This document shows positions 1 through 12,539 of a stretch of 64,000 nt of DNA, in pieces. The notes below the pieces were generated by a model. That model was not told the origin of the DNA and did no database searches. It worked only from the letters and a program-made list of their open reading frames with translations. Location: positions 3,100,001 to 3,164,000 of the forward strand of contig NC_043008.1 of NCBI RefSeq assembly GCF_006345805.1, given 5' to 3'. The stretch is from Octopus sinensis (Eukaryota). Every line of letters begins with the position of its first letter. Position 1 is the stretch's first letter. Position numbers and translations under genes: made by a program.

Positions 1-1318
1 GAGAAAGAACGGATTTACACAGATAGATTGACATTTTATTTGTACATCTACAATAAGATTGTGGAGAAGTATATATGCACACACGTATTTACAAGGCGAT
101 AATCGTGACTTGCTGAGAATAAAGGCAAATGAATGTAAAACAAATAGTTATAAGCGAAAACTGAGTTATTGAAATGATTTTATTTTATTTGAGAACAATA
201 GCAACTTCGTCGTATTTACCGTTCCACCGTGTCAATCAATGGTTACCTCTATGCAAAATGGTTAGAGTCAAATGAGACAGCATTTGCTATTTGTGCACGA
301 CAAAATTCAAATAGAGTTTTGTTTGAAAACTATAGTTTTTCCCGTTCTCTCGGCAGTCTATATCAATGCATTACATTAAGATGCATTATGTTGCAATCTA
401 AAGCTATCTCCACATTCTGGCCAATAAATCAACATATAATTCAATCCAGTGATGATATGTCGGAGGAAGTTCCTTTGGTGTCGTGCTGGTAGAAGATCTG
501 ATCGAATAATTCCCGACGACATTGAACTCCTTATCTGAAGATTTTCAAGAACTATCTGTAAAAAGCAATGTATTAGATTTTAACTTTTTATCCCCGGCTT
601 ATATAATACTGTAGAAACAGAAATATTTGGAAGAGATTCAATTTCAGTCGGTAAAATTGTAATGTTCTTCAAAGAAATGGCATATTTCTAAAGAGAAATT
701 GTAAACACGAAACCCAAAGAGAATTGTTGCTTTTGTAATGTTGCTTAACTTCGGTCCTTACATTTGTTGCATTCCTGTTACTTCGCAATCAGGATATAAC
801 AACCAATTTTTGTGTACAACGCTGTCTCAGGAAAACTAACAAATTATTTCATGACAGTTAAAATAAAGAGTATCCTATTGTCTTTCATAATTATATTAGT
901 GAATAACGTTACGAATATTCAAGTGGTTTTACGCGTCCTATGGTTATATATCATCAAGCAAACATATGTGTGTGTTTGTGTTTAGGAGTTATGCAAGCTA
1001 TACACTCTATGCAGATACAGTCTTTGAATGTGAAAGAATTATATATATAATTTAGTCATACAGGGACGCTCAAAAGTTTTATATTCACTAACATTTTATT
1101 CCGTCATAGCACTGTCAAGCCTATAATGCCAAGAACGCTACAGAGCTTCTAGTAACTGATCATTCATACATTCCTGCTATAGAGACGCAAAGTTATCTTT
1201 TGTAATCCGTCCAGTTTATATAAGAAAACAGTTGAAACAGAAATATTTGTAAGAAATTCAGGTTGTCTGTAATGTTACATTGGTCTACTAAGAAATTACC
1301 TATTTATCAGGAAAAATT

Positions 1319-1710
1319 CGGTATCCAAAAAGTTCCCGGATTAGGTATGTTTAGTAAAAAAATAACTTATTTACATAAGTTTTAACATCATCTTCGAAAC
1401 AGTTATTTTGCGCAACAATACAGAGGTGACATCATTCCTGCCACGTCAGGGGTCCGGCCTGAAAGTCGTTTTCCGTTAGCGTGTAGAGGACCTTCTGCAA
1501 TTCACGCTTAATCTGCACAACGATATTAAAACGGCGACTTTTATCTTGGGGAAGAGACGGAAGTCTGCAGGTGCTAAATCGTTCGAATTGGGCTGGTGCA
1601 GAAGCGGTACCTTGTTGTTTTGGTTGAGAAATTCACGAGCGAGAAGAGTTCGATGATAGGGTGCATTATCGTCGTGGAGAACACAATTATTCCTGCTCAA
1701 CAGATCCGGT
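1319..1710 (-). mobile_element. Mariner (Tc1/mariner) transposon remnant, 3' part with terminal inverted repeat
   Basis: Minus-strand ORF 1476-1823 contains VLHDDNAPYHRTLLAREFL...LLHQPNSNDLAPADFRLFPKIK, the mariner HDNAPxH and (Y)SPDLAPxDFxLFPKLK motifs. A TIR-like end ggtatccaaaaagttcccgga lies at about 1320. Confidence 0.85.
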
Positions 1711-2419
1711 CCTATAAACCCTGCAGTCCTATAAACCCTGTTGTTTCTGTAATAAGAGTGTTTATGAATATATAGATATATAAAGATTAATCTGATTTTC
1801 ACTTTCGAGCCACAGACTTGCAAAGAAATCCGTTACATGTAGAGGGTCTTTTTTCAAAAACGGTACCACGCTTTAATTTATGAGAAATCATTTTATTAGA
1901 AGCAGTAAGCTTCTAAAATTTGCGATATTAAAGTTAGATCTGATTGAAGAATCACATTTGGTTTCATTATAATATTCACGAAACCAGGAGACTCTTATGA
2001 ATTCCTCGTGTAAGCATAGGGGTCAATTGCGAAATATATAACTCTCTTTAATTGGATTAACATCACATCCTCATAGTATCTTAGCGCCAGCAGATTTCTT
2101 AAAATTTAATTTTATTTCAGATATCTTCATGAACATTGACCTTTGGAAAGACGCAATCATAAAATTATGAAAACAAATTTGAAGTCACAGATAATTAGGA
2201 AATATGCCATAGTTCATGTAAAATTATTAAATCTTTCATTAATTTTTGCTATTGCAACAGCTATTTTCTGATATCAGTGCAATGCTAGAATTTATATTAG
2301 AAAGTAGGAAAGTACACTGTAAACTAAAGCATAATTATTCGCTACACACATACACACAACACAACAGAACCACAGACAAATAAATAGGCACCGAGACAAC
2401 GCAACTTGATCACACAGAC

Positions 2420-2512
2420 ACAAATGTATATTTATCTATGTATGTATTCATGTACATATGTACGTATATGAACATACATATATATAAATATATAAACACA
2501 CACACACACACG

Positions 2513-2566
<54 letters not shown>

Positions 2567-2705
2567 TGTATATATATATACATATATACATACATACATA
2601 CATATATATATATATATGTATATATACAGATATATATATAAGAAATTATATATATATATGCATGTATACGTGTATATACCTGTATGTATTTGTGCGTGTA
2701 TGTGT
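2420..2705. repeat. Compound (TA)n/(CA)n/(GA)n microsatellite
   Basis: Visible directly. It explains the overlapping YI/HT-repeat ORFs in the track. Confidence 0.95.
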
Positions 2706-2745
2706 TTATGCAAACAGAAAAATAGAACGCAATATGAGTATTCTT

Positions 2746-2880
2746 TTATTCTTTTATTCTCTTAGTAGTTTCAGTCTCTTGACTGCGGCCATGCTGGAAC
2801 AGCGCCTGTAGTCGACCCCAGGAGCTTATTCTTTGAAAGCCTAGTACTTATCCCATCGGTCACTTTTACCGAACCGCTGT
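2746..2880 (-). mobile_element. tRNA-derived SINE family 1 (octopus-type), 3' half
   Basis: tttcagtc..ttgactgcggccatgctggaac...cctagtacttat...ccgaaccgct is homologous to the copies at 13758, 30865 and 46668. Confidence 0.8.
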
Positions 2881-2939
2881 GACTGAGGACTAGGGGATGA
2901 AGTCCTACCCCAGGACACTGAGACACTTGCTGACAGAAC

Positions 2940-3345
2940 CTGAGAAGGCGAGGAAAAGTGCACAAAAGTGCAGGAAGAACGGAACCATTGTGAAACATTT
3001 CTCTGACGCATCTTCACTGTGGATGCCGTTATGAAGCGCAGAAACGACCGCTACATCTCTGATTCAACAGCTGACGTCAGGGGCACCTTAAGAACAAAAT
3101 ATCCAGTCCAGTTCAAGGGCTTTAGTATTGTGGCCTCCGGCAGAAGAAAGATGCTGGTCTACTTCTAGAGGATCAGTGAAAATGTTGATGTTGACCCTAC
3201 TACAAATGCTACGTTATGATGTCTTGCTATGGCTTAACGTCAACTAGCTGGAGGGCGATTATGTGTAGTACATGATGGTGCTTCCAACCATACCGCCAAG
3301 AAGGTACAGAATTTTTACAGATCCATCTTTGCTGCTTTCTGGTCT
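2940..3345 (+). mobile_element. Decayed Tc1/mariner transposase fragment, maT/DD37D-like
   Basis: Frame-broken translation gives HFSD..FTVDAVMKRRNDRYIS, KYPVQ..IVASG.RKM and DGA(S)NHTAKKVQNF. Same superfamily group as the element at 49381-50828. Confidence 0.7.
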
Positions 3346-3555
3346 GCTCTCTTCCAAACTAGAGTCTATCAAACCTGAGAGTGAGAGAGTAGAAAATAAA
3401 TTGGATCAAGATGGAACAGCAAGCTTCAAAGTATAATATCTGAGAACTTCCAAAGATATCAATGCGAATGATACCTAGAAGTCGTTGTGCATAACGTAGA
3501 ATAGGGATAACATGGCTGAGTCAAGAGATGAAGTGAAATCGTAAAATTCTCCTAC

Positions 3556-3671
3556 CTGTCCACTCTGGAATTATGATTTGTCTTTGGTAACTGAAGCAAT
3601 CTGATCAATCATTGCATATGACGGATACGGTTGTACACATTGGAAATTGGATGCTCTGTACATCTTATCTA
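3556..3671 (-). CDS. Candidate exon containing a stop codon (xDKMYRASNFQCVQPYPSYAMIDQIASVTKDKS*), gene unidentified
   Basis: Acceptor cttttatctattccag| and donor cag|gtagga are both strong. The longest frame stops 15 nt before the donor. No homology recognised. Confidence 0.35.
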
Positions 3672-5003
3672 CTGGAATAGATAAAAGTCAATGAGTACGA
3701 AAAAATATATCGTCTTAAGCTTTATAGATCCGAACTGAAGGACAGAAAGTATATTTAATGCTTTACAGAAACCTATAACGAAAGCAGATTACTTAATATG
3801 ATTTTGTAAAGGCGTGACGATTGGGATAAAGAGCAATAAATGCTCGAATTGCATATCAAATAAAGACGAAGCAGTAGGAATGAGAGATTAATGTTTTTGA
3901 GGAGAGAGAAAGCTAACTGCTCAGACCCGGAAGGTAAGAAGTTGCTTATTAGAGAGGAAGAGAGAGAGGAGACAGATTGAGAGAGAGAATGAGAATTCAC
4001 AGAAATAATCAAATATTACGCCATGTGAAAAGGAGCGGCTATGTATGTCGATATCGAAATGGAAAACAAAATTCAAGCACGAACGGAGAGACTGCATAAA
4101 AAGACAGAAGAAACGGTAAAAATGTTCCTCATCACCTCCTTACCGATGATAATTTTTCATTCTTTATTTCTGAAGGTTATAAATAAGTGTAAGCAATATA
4201 TACCCGAGAACTAAATGAAATAAAAGAACACAAATATGCCGAAAGTTAGAAAAAAATATAGAAGTAAAACGTAAGGTACGCACAGGAGTAAATATATTTG
4301 TAAATCGCTCTTTTTGTAACATATGCGCTTTTCTTTACCTGCTTTATCAGGCGCAAATTAAATCGGGGTAACCCTAAGTAGTGACAAAAGAGTTGAAGGT
4401 TTGATTCCATATTACCAGCTTCATATGTACTTTATGACTATATATATATATATAAATTTTTTTCGCAAAATAATAGTTTTGACTGTGAAACGTGGTGCTT
4501 GTTAAAATGGAACATTGCTTCTTAATGACCCGATATATTTGGGATCAATTTTAAATGAAGCAATATTGAAAAATATCAGTTTAAAATTAGGAAACATTGA
4601 CATTTTTCTGTGTTTACCTTCTTATATAAGGATCAATTGAAGTTAAGTTATTCAAAATAGTGTAACTCAATACTAAACAATCCGCGTATTTTAAATGGTT
4701 TGTTTTGTTCCAAGATTATCCAATCAGAGGAGAACGTATTTATGGTCAGAGAGATTTTTATGTATTATTTCCTATGATTTCGTGTATCCAGAAATACATT
4801 TCCTTGTGAGACCAGCGTTGATTTTTTGACAGTAAAGAGTGATTTTAGTTTAACTTGGCAGCAATTTATATATAACAGAACTACTGTGAGTGCTAAGCAC
4901 GAGCTTGACGAATCCGTAAGCAATATGATCTAGGGAATTAAATGCAAGTGATATACACGCGCACGGACACACTCACAGACACACGCACAAGAATATATGT
5001 ATG

Positions 5004-5050
<47 letters not shown>

Positions 5051-5599
5051 TATGCATGCACAAATGAAATGAAATATAACTATAAGCAATAACATTTCTT
5101 CCAAATATTGCTTTGGAAAAAGCTGTGACATAAATTTACACTGTCTTGTGTCCTCATAAAGAGACCTCGTGATGGATCAACGTGTTTGCAAACTGGAAAC
5201 GAAACGGAAATTTTCCCTCCTTATTACTTTCGAAATGACCCCTTGCCAATGACTTTGCTAATTATGCAAATCGATAAATAAATATTTCTTAAAAAGAGTA
5301 GCACATGTTTGTTATAACTATATAGAATTATTCAAAAGATACCACGAGAGATCAGATGCCATACGATATTACACTGATTACACATTGACCAATAAACCTA
5401 GAGGCACGATGGAATAGGTGTACATTAAAACCTCTATTTCCACTGATGTAACGGAGACAATTACTAAAACACTGGAACGCAATGCTTTACACTTAATTCC
5501 AATCATTTCTGTAAGAGACTCCCTTGAGTACAAGATGAACAAAGAAGAAGCGGATTTATTACATAATGTCGGCAAACTAAAATATAAACTACAGTCATT

Positions 5600-6404
<805 letters not shown>

Positions 6405-6589
6405 GTACGGCCAGACTTGTGCGGTTACAACACAGACCGTAGTAGTCATAAGTGACCACAAATAACAGACAGTAATAAAGACGAAAGAAGCAATCAGTAA
6501 CAGAGTGATTCGACAGAGCAACAATCACTGGAGAACATCAACAAATATATACAGAGAAAGAGAAACAGAGAGAGATACGCACTCAAAAA

Positions 6590-6602
6590 GATAGATAGAT
6601 AA

Positions 6603-6696
<94 letters not shown>
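6590..6696. repeat. (GATA)n microsatellite
   Basis: Visible directly, nearly perfect. Confidence 0.97.
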
Positions 6697-6956
6697 GTAT
6701 AATAGCTATCCCAGATTACAATATTTTGTGTTTACGAGTATCTACGCCGCCATTAATATACTTGACTTGGCGTTTTCGCACTTACACTAACGCCAATAAA
6801 GTTTAAGAATTGAAAAACACCACACGTTCCTCTTGCCTAAAGGACCGCTTCTGAGTTTCTCGGTTAAATTCTTATTAGTCAGCAATTTTAATTAAGATAA
6901 TCATGAAAGACACAGATTTGCATTTACTTAGAGAGAAAGATAAATAAATATATATA

Positions 6957-7019
<63 letters not shown>

Positions 7020-7205
7020 TATATACAGAGATAGAGAGGAGAGAGGGAGAGAGAGGGTGTGAGAGTTCAGAGTTGATACACTGTGCTTCAATACAAGATT
7101 TTGTACAAGGAATTTCAGAAAACTAAAGGTGAATAGTTGGATGATGATCGCTAATTGGCAAGAAAACCCTGTTTCTGAATGTTGACCACACACATGCATT
7201 TGCAG

Positions 7206-7274
7206 AACATAAACTTGACTGGGGAAGCAGCTACTGCGGACACAAAGGTTGTTGTTAATACTGTTTGGGGACCG
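7206..7274 (+). CDS. Candidate 69-nt exon (NINLTGEAATADTKVVVNTVWGP)
   Basis: Acceptor catttgcag| and consensus donor ccg|gtgagt; only frame 0 is open. The opposite strand is also open here, so the call is ambiguous. Confidence 0.3.
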
Positions 7275-7458
7275 GTGAGTGCTACACCCAAGATGAACGA
7301 AACAATGTTGATAAAGACGCAGTTTTCTTGAATGTCTTGAATTTAAGAAAAAAATCCTGCCTTGCAAATAAGCCATGCTGTGGCATCACTGAGGAAGGAT
7401 AAATTGTTAAAGATAACTGCATGGACAAACATACACACACACACGCACATATATACAT

Positions 7459-7515
<57 letters not shown>

Positions 7516-7538
7516 CATACATAATCATATATATACAT

Positions 7539-7595
<57 letters not shown>

Positions 7596-8704
7596 CATAT
7601 ATATTTCTGTATTAAAAAATGCATTAACCTTTTGAACGGAGATGAACGTCACCAATTATTTAATCGAGAAACTCGGAGCTCTAAAGCGTTATATCCCTGT
7701 GTCACGTGATAAATTTAACCCTGTGCTACCAACATTATTGAAGTCAACTAACTCTATGTTACACATGCATACAAACACACACACACACACACATACAGAT
7801 ACGCTTACTCACACACTGAGACACAAACACACTCACACATATTGAAGCAAGGACATTTTATAAATTGACCATATAATATATTCTATAGATTTCTTTTTCT
7901 TTGACTTTTAACTTTCATATAGAATGAGATCTTCTTCGCATAGATAGCTTGCAAACTGTTTACTATAAAAATCAGCAGTTGTCCTTTATTAAAACTTTTA
8001 AAATTTTAGTTGCTTCAATTTATAGCAACAATTTGAATAAAACTTACACTCTCGGTGTAGTCTAACAATTTATTCTCTCTGCTTATATCAATTTGTTAGC
8101 ACATATTGAGCAAAGAATGCTGTCTCATACTTAAAGTTAGAACTTTGTTTACTCTCATTTCCTTCTTTTAAAAGCATATATACTTATATATTTCTATAAT
8201 TTTATCAAAACAAATTTAAATATATCAAGAATTAATTTTATCTTCACAGCCATTGAACAAATTTATCAGGTACACTCTTGCAATGTTTGGTAAAAAAAAG
8301 TCCATAAAACATTTCATTATTTCACACCAGCCAGACTGTTAGAATGAAGCGAGACAATAATGAATATATCAAAAGGTGTAATAATACATATGGAGTTGAC
8401 ATATTTATGTTTGCCATGATAACAAGATACACGTCCATTCAACCATTAAAGTATACCACTTGCTGTGACCTCAAGACGGTTAATAGGAAAAATTTATTAA
8501 TTCAAAGCCAATATACTCATCAGGAAATATCTGAAGTACATAAATTTTCGATCCAAGGAAACTGATAGTCTTGATTTATTGCACAGAATTTTTAAGTGGT
8601 TGTCAACTAAAATGGTACTCCTCAAGCAACGAGTCCTAAGTGTTTGATATTTAAATTGTTTCCTGTACAGGAACGTGAGCGTGTATGTATATATGTATGT
8701 ATAC

Positions 8705-8736
<32 letters not shown>

Positions 8737-8886
8737 TATATATACGCAGAGAGGCGAGTGAGAGAAATGTTTATACACACATATGCACATATATAAATAA
8801 ATATATATATTTAGGGAAAGAGAGAGAGAGAGGGAGAGAGAGAGAAAAAATACTCATAAAATAAAATGAATCACCGCTTACATTAC

Positions 8887-8945
8887 CGAAGCTATTATAG
8901 AGATCTGTGGTTCCGCGATCTGCCAGACATAACAACCAAAGCTCT
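8887..8945 (-). CDS. Candidate 59-nt exon
   Basis: Acceptor ctttattcgctttcag| and donor tcg|gtaatg. Two frames are open (ELWLLCLADRGTTDLYNSF or SFGCYVWQIAEPQISIIAS). Confidence 0.25.
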
Positions 8946-9840
8946 CTGAAAGCGAATAAAGTTGGCAGAAGGTTATCTTAGTTTCGCTGTACACAGGGCC
9001 CGGTCCTGGAACTCATACGAATATATATATCAGTTTTTTTTCACTGAGTTCTTTTACTGAGTTAGACATCATTAACAACAACAATAAATGAGAAGAAACA
9101 AACATCCAGGAGTCAGAGTTTCAGCTTCTGTTCGATCACCGGAAACTCAACAGAAAAACAACAACAATCTAATATGCATTCGCAAATGCATTTCCCCACC
9201 TTACAAAAGTGACGTGTTAAGCAATGAGTTCCAAGATACACTAATCCTTAAAATGTTGAGGATATTCATCGTAGCTAAGCTAATCGCAAACTAATGCCAA
9301 GAATCCCAACGTTTTACACAAAAAAAAATTGATTGCGACGATTGCATTCATTTTATTGTTATTCACGTATCTTTATTTAATATGTACCATTTCTTTTGAT
9401 ATACAGATCCTAGATTAATAAAATCGTTAGGAACTGTGATAGGTGACATGCTGGGGTTGTTCCAGCCCCTGAAGCCTTATCGGTTTGAAATGAACTTTTA
9501 TTTCAATTTTTTCCAGAGTTTTCAAAGTAACAGCGTAATACTTATTCGCTCCTTCGCGCTCGCTCACCAATGCAATAGATTGAAACCAAGAGGGCACAAA
9601 GCATTAAAAAGTTGGTATATCATCGGGCAAATAGCTGTGACGTATTCGCTTTGGACTTCACACTTCAACTCACACAATTGTCAACGTTATTTTATTGATT
9701 ACACATATTTTTATAATTCAATGTTAATTTACTAATCCCTTAGTCATTATGGAATCGATAGCATAGTGTGTTTGACAACTAACGATCGATATAATCGACT
9801 ATATCTTGTAGGTTCGAAGTCGTTGTGAATTCTTGGTAGG

Positions 9841-9897
9841 GAAGAAGAAGAAGAAGAAGAAGAAGAAGAAGAAGAAGAAGAAGAAGAAGAAGAAGAA
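9841..9897. repeat. (GAA)19 trinucleotide microsatellite
   Basis: Visible directly. It explains the poly-K and poly-L ORFs. Confidence 0.97.
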
Positions 9898-10263
9898 TCT
9901 GGGAGTGCCATATTTTATATATAAAAATACAAAAATGGGACAAGAATGCAAAACATCCAGACAGACGATACAAAGAAAACAAGGACGAGTAATTCGGACT
10001 TTTTTTCTTCAGTAGAGTTCCAGTTTATCTATGTAATTTCGGCTGGTTATACTCGCGGTTGCTCCAATCTGGCCTGCCCCAAGGAAAAACTAAGCTAAGC
10101 GCATTAGATTCCTCGGAAGAAAGCAGGGAATGCATACGAAAAGAAGGACGGAAAAAACAGAGAAATGTTACACAAATACAAAGGCAATTAACAAGATATA
10201 ACAGATGTCTTTCGACTAAGGACGAATTAAATTAAGCTGGCGTGTGTGGAAGTAAAGCCTTAC

Positions 10264-10315
10264 GACTGGGACATGTGATTTAACAAGCACAGGGAGGAAT
10301 ACTGATGTTGCACGG
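10264..10315 (-). CDS. Candidate 52-nt exon
   Basis: Acceptor ctttctttcttggttcgactaacag| and donor gtc|gtaagg. Two frames are open. Confidence 0.25.
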
Positions 10316-10559
10316 CTGTTAGTCGAACCAAGAAAGAAAGGTCAGGCCTGGCCGGACACAGTTCACATGGGGTGAGAAAAGAGAGAGGTAGAGGCAGAGA
10401 GACAGAAGAACTAAGGAGGGGCGAGAAGAAAATGAAAGAGGCACAGTGAAGTGAAAGAGGAGGGAAAGTGAGCACGAAGAGAAGGCCACGAAATGTGAGA
10501 GAAGGAAAGAATGAAAGAATAGAAAGAATGAGTCGTACAAAAGTCCTCACAAACTTATC

Positions 10560-11281
10560 GAGTCTAATCGCACGTTGAGAGAGAATATACTTTTCTTTGC
10601 TGTCACGTCTCACAAATGAACCATCTTTGGGCCGAATAGAGACTGGTGACGAGAAATGGTTTCCCTACGAAAGTGTAAATCGCCGAAGACAGTGGGTAGA
10701 GAAAGGTGAAACACCGGCACCCCGGCTAAAGAAGGTCTTCACCGATATAAGGTGTTGGTATATGTCTGGTGGGGTGTGATAGATTTAGTCCACTTTAAAC
10801 ATTTAAACCCAATCCAAACGATAACAAAGGGGATCTGCTGGGAACAGCTAGGGCGGCTTAAGTCAGCGCTAGAAGAAAAATTACCATCTTTGATTTCAAG
10901 CCGAAAGGTGTTCTTCCATCAGGATAATGATCGGCCACATTCAGCGAGGATAACATTCCAAAGGCTGGAGCAGTCTGATTGGGAAAGTATGCCCCATCCA
11001 CCATAATCGCCGGACATTGCCTCATCTGACTGTCATTTATTCCGCAGTCTTCAAAATCATTTTGGCGGGAAAATATGGATTCTGTAGTCGAAGTCAGAAC
11101 AGTACTGGAGGAGATTTTTCGTCACAGACAAGTGACTTTTGGAAGAGGTGCCTTGCAAGTCTACCAGATAGATGGAAGAATATTGTAGAAAAGGAAGAAG
11201 ATATAAAAGGAGATTTGTATTTCTTAATTTTGAAATATAAAGAAGTATAAAAAACTGCATTTTTTATGGGATGACCCAATA
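10560..11281 (+). mobile_element. Mariner (D,D34D) transposon remnant, 5'-truncated, frameshifted
   Basis: ORFs give RIETGDEKW, VWWG, FFHQDNDRPHSA and PHPP*SPDIASSDCHLFRSLQNH. It ends in the TIR-like tttttatgggatgacccaata followed by TA. Confidence 0.92.
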
Positions 11282-11566
11282 TATATACTCCGTATTTGTA
11301 TTTGGTTTGCAAGATTCTTGATGTGAAATGGTGTGTCGAAAGAATTAGTATTGAAACTTTGGAGGGGCATATCGCCAGTTATATTAAAGACACGCACTGT
11401 TTCCGTCCTTTATTGTTATTATTAGTTAATGGGTTACTTACTCCGTTAACCAATTTATCGATTAGCTGTTTTTTACTAGTTTTTCAAACTCATAAGTTAA
11501 ACACATTGTTCAAACAGTTAATCGTTCAAATGTCCAGTATTGTTAGTGCTGTCATTTCTTATTTTT

Positions 11567-11612
11567 TGTCAAATAATTATTTCATCGCCTTGTTGCAGTC
11601 TCTTCAGTGACA
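11567..11612 (-). ncRNA. Type I hammerhead ribozyme-like motif (degenerate stem II)
   Basis: Minus strand reads TGTCA CTGAAGA GACTGCAACAAGGCGAT GAAA TAATTAT T TGACA. Stem I is TGTCA/TGACA and stem III is the palindrome ATAATTAT. Confidence 0.55.
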
Positions 11613-11837
11613 CATCTCTCTACTTCCATTTCTTTTGAATTTATGTTCCATCGTTGGATTTCGTCCGAGATGTAAGCGTGTGTGTGTGTATGTGTGTGTG
11701 TTTGTGTGTGTGTGTTTGTGTGTATGTGTGTATGTGTGTGTATTTGTGAGTGTGTGTGTTTGTGTGTGTGTGTATGTGTGTGTGTTTGTGTGTGTGTGTG
11801 TGCGTGTGTGAGTGTATGTGTTTTAAAAGAAAGATGT

Positions 11838-11881
11838 GTCATTGAAGAGATAGCAACAATGCGATGAAATAATTATTTGAC
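11838..11881 (+). ncRNA. Type I hammerhead-like motif with a C3-to-U core substitution
   Basis: GTCA TTGAAGA G ATAGCA ACAA TGCGAT GAAA TAATTAT T TGAC. Stem II pairs at 5 of 6 positions. Confidence 0.5.
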
Positions 11882-12100
11882 CAAAAAAAAGAAAATGACC
11901 ACAAGAACAATACTGAACATTTGAACAATTAACTTTTTCAGTAAAGTGTTTTGCATATGAGTTTGAAAAACTATTAAAAACGGCTGATCTAATAAATTGG
12001 TTAACTAACAATAATAATAAAGGACCGAACCAGTGCGTGTCTTTGTTATTACCGGCAAAATGCCCCTGCCAAGGTCCAATATACATACATATAATTTTAT

Positions 12101-12317
12101 CTATAAAATAATATGTTACAATCACTCAATAGTCAAGTTATCTGGCCAGATAACCGAAGAGATGGTGTTGTAGACTTCCACTTCGGCAACTGAAAATCAG
12201 AGTTTTATCTTGACTATTGAGTGATTGTAACATATTATTTTATAGGTAAATTTCCTCTATTTACATAATATTGAGGTATTTTTCTTTCTTTTGTTATCTT
12301 ACCGTTTTGACCAATAC
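12101..12317. mobile_element. Short element with a perfect 37-bp inverted repeat, an internal 18-bp palindrome and a degenerate hammerhead
   Basis: 12101-12137 is the exact reverse complement of 12209-12245. gttatctggccagataac lies at 12137-12154. The element abuts (TA)n at about 12318. Confidence 0.75.
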
Positions 12318-12334
12318 ATATATATATATATATA

Positions 12335-12480
12335 GTGGATCCAAACAATGAAAAACAAACAAGAAAAAACAATAACACGAGGTCATTGTACAATTTCCGT
12401 ATTATCAGAAGCACAGGAAATGAAGGAAAGAGAATTTAACGTTTCGAGCCTTGCTCTTCTTCAGAAATGGAGGAAAGTCT

Positions 12481-12482
<2 letters not shown>
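12335..12482 (-). mobile_element. Short non-coding element between (TA)n runs, Penelope-LTR-like
   Basis: About 150 bp of unique sequence flanked by (TA)n on both sides and containing the hammerhead motif at 12434-12468. Confidence 0.65.
12434..12468 (-). ncRNA. Minimal type I hammerhead ribozyme motif
   Basis: ATTT CTGAAGA A GAGC AAG GCTC GAAA C GT T AAAT. Stem I is ATTT/AAAT, stem II is GAGC/GCTC, and stem III is the palindrome AACGTT. Confidence 0.65.

Positions 12483-12539
<57 letters not shown>

Larger units (their letters stand above)
11349..12081. mobile_element. Foldback element: about 270-bp diverged inverted arms around a (GT)n core, each arm with a hammerhead-like motif
   Basis: 11349-11620 aligns to the reverse complement of 11828-12081 (shared aaagacacgcactg, gtttttcaaactcat, gtcaaataattatttcatcgc). 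TA occurs at both outer ends. Confidence 0.85.

Noticed and set aside
1710-1741. Direct repeat cctataaaccctg twice
   Set aside because: Two 13-bp copies at a transposon deletion edge; not an array and not CRISPR-like.
7230-7345. Minus-strand frame FINIVSFILGVALTGPQTVLTT resembling an SLC37/MFS transporter segment
   Set aside because: Neighbouring exon candidates show no transporter features, the acceptor is weak, and the plus strand has the better splice sites.
10264-10345. Plus-strand TDVARLLVE resembling an ankyrin repeat
   Set aside because: No TPLH motif, an in-frame stop just upstream and no acceptor.
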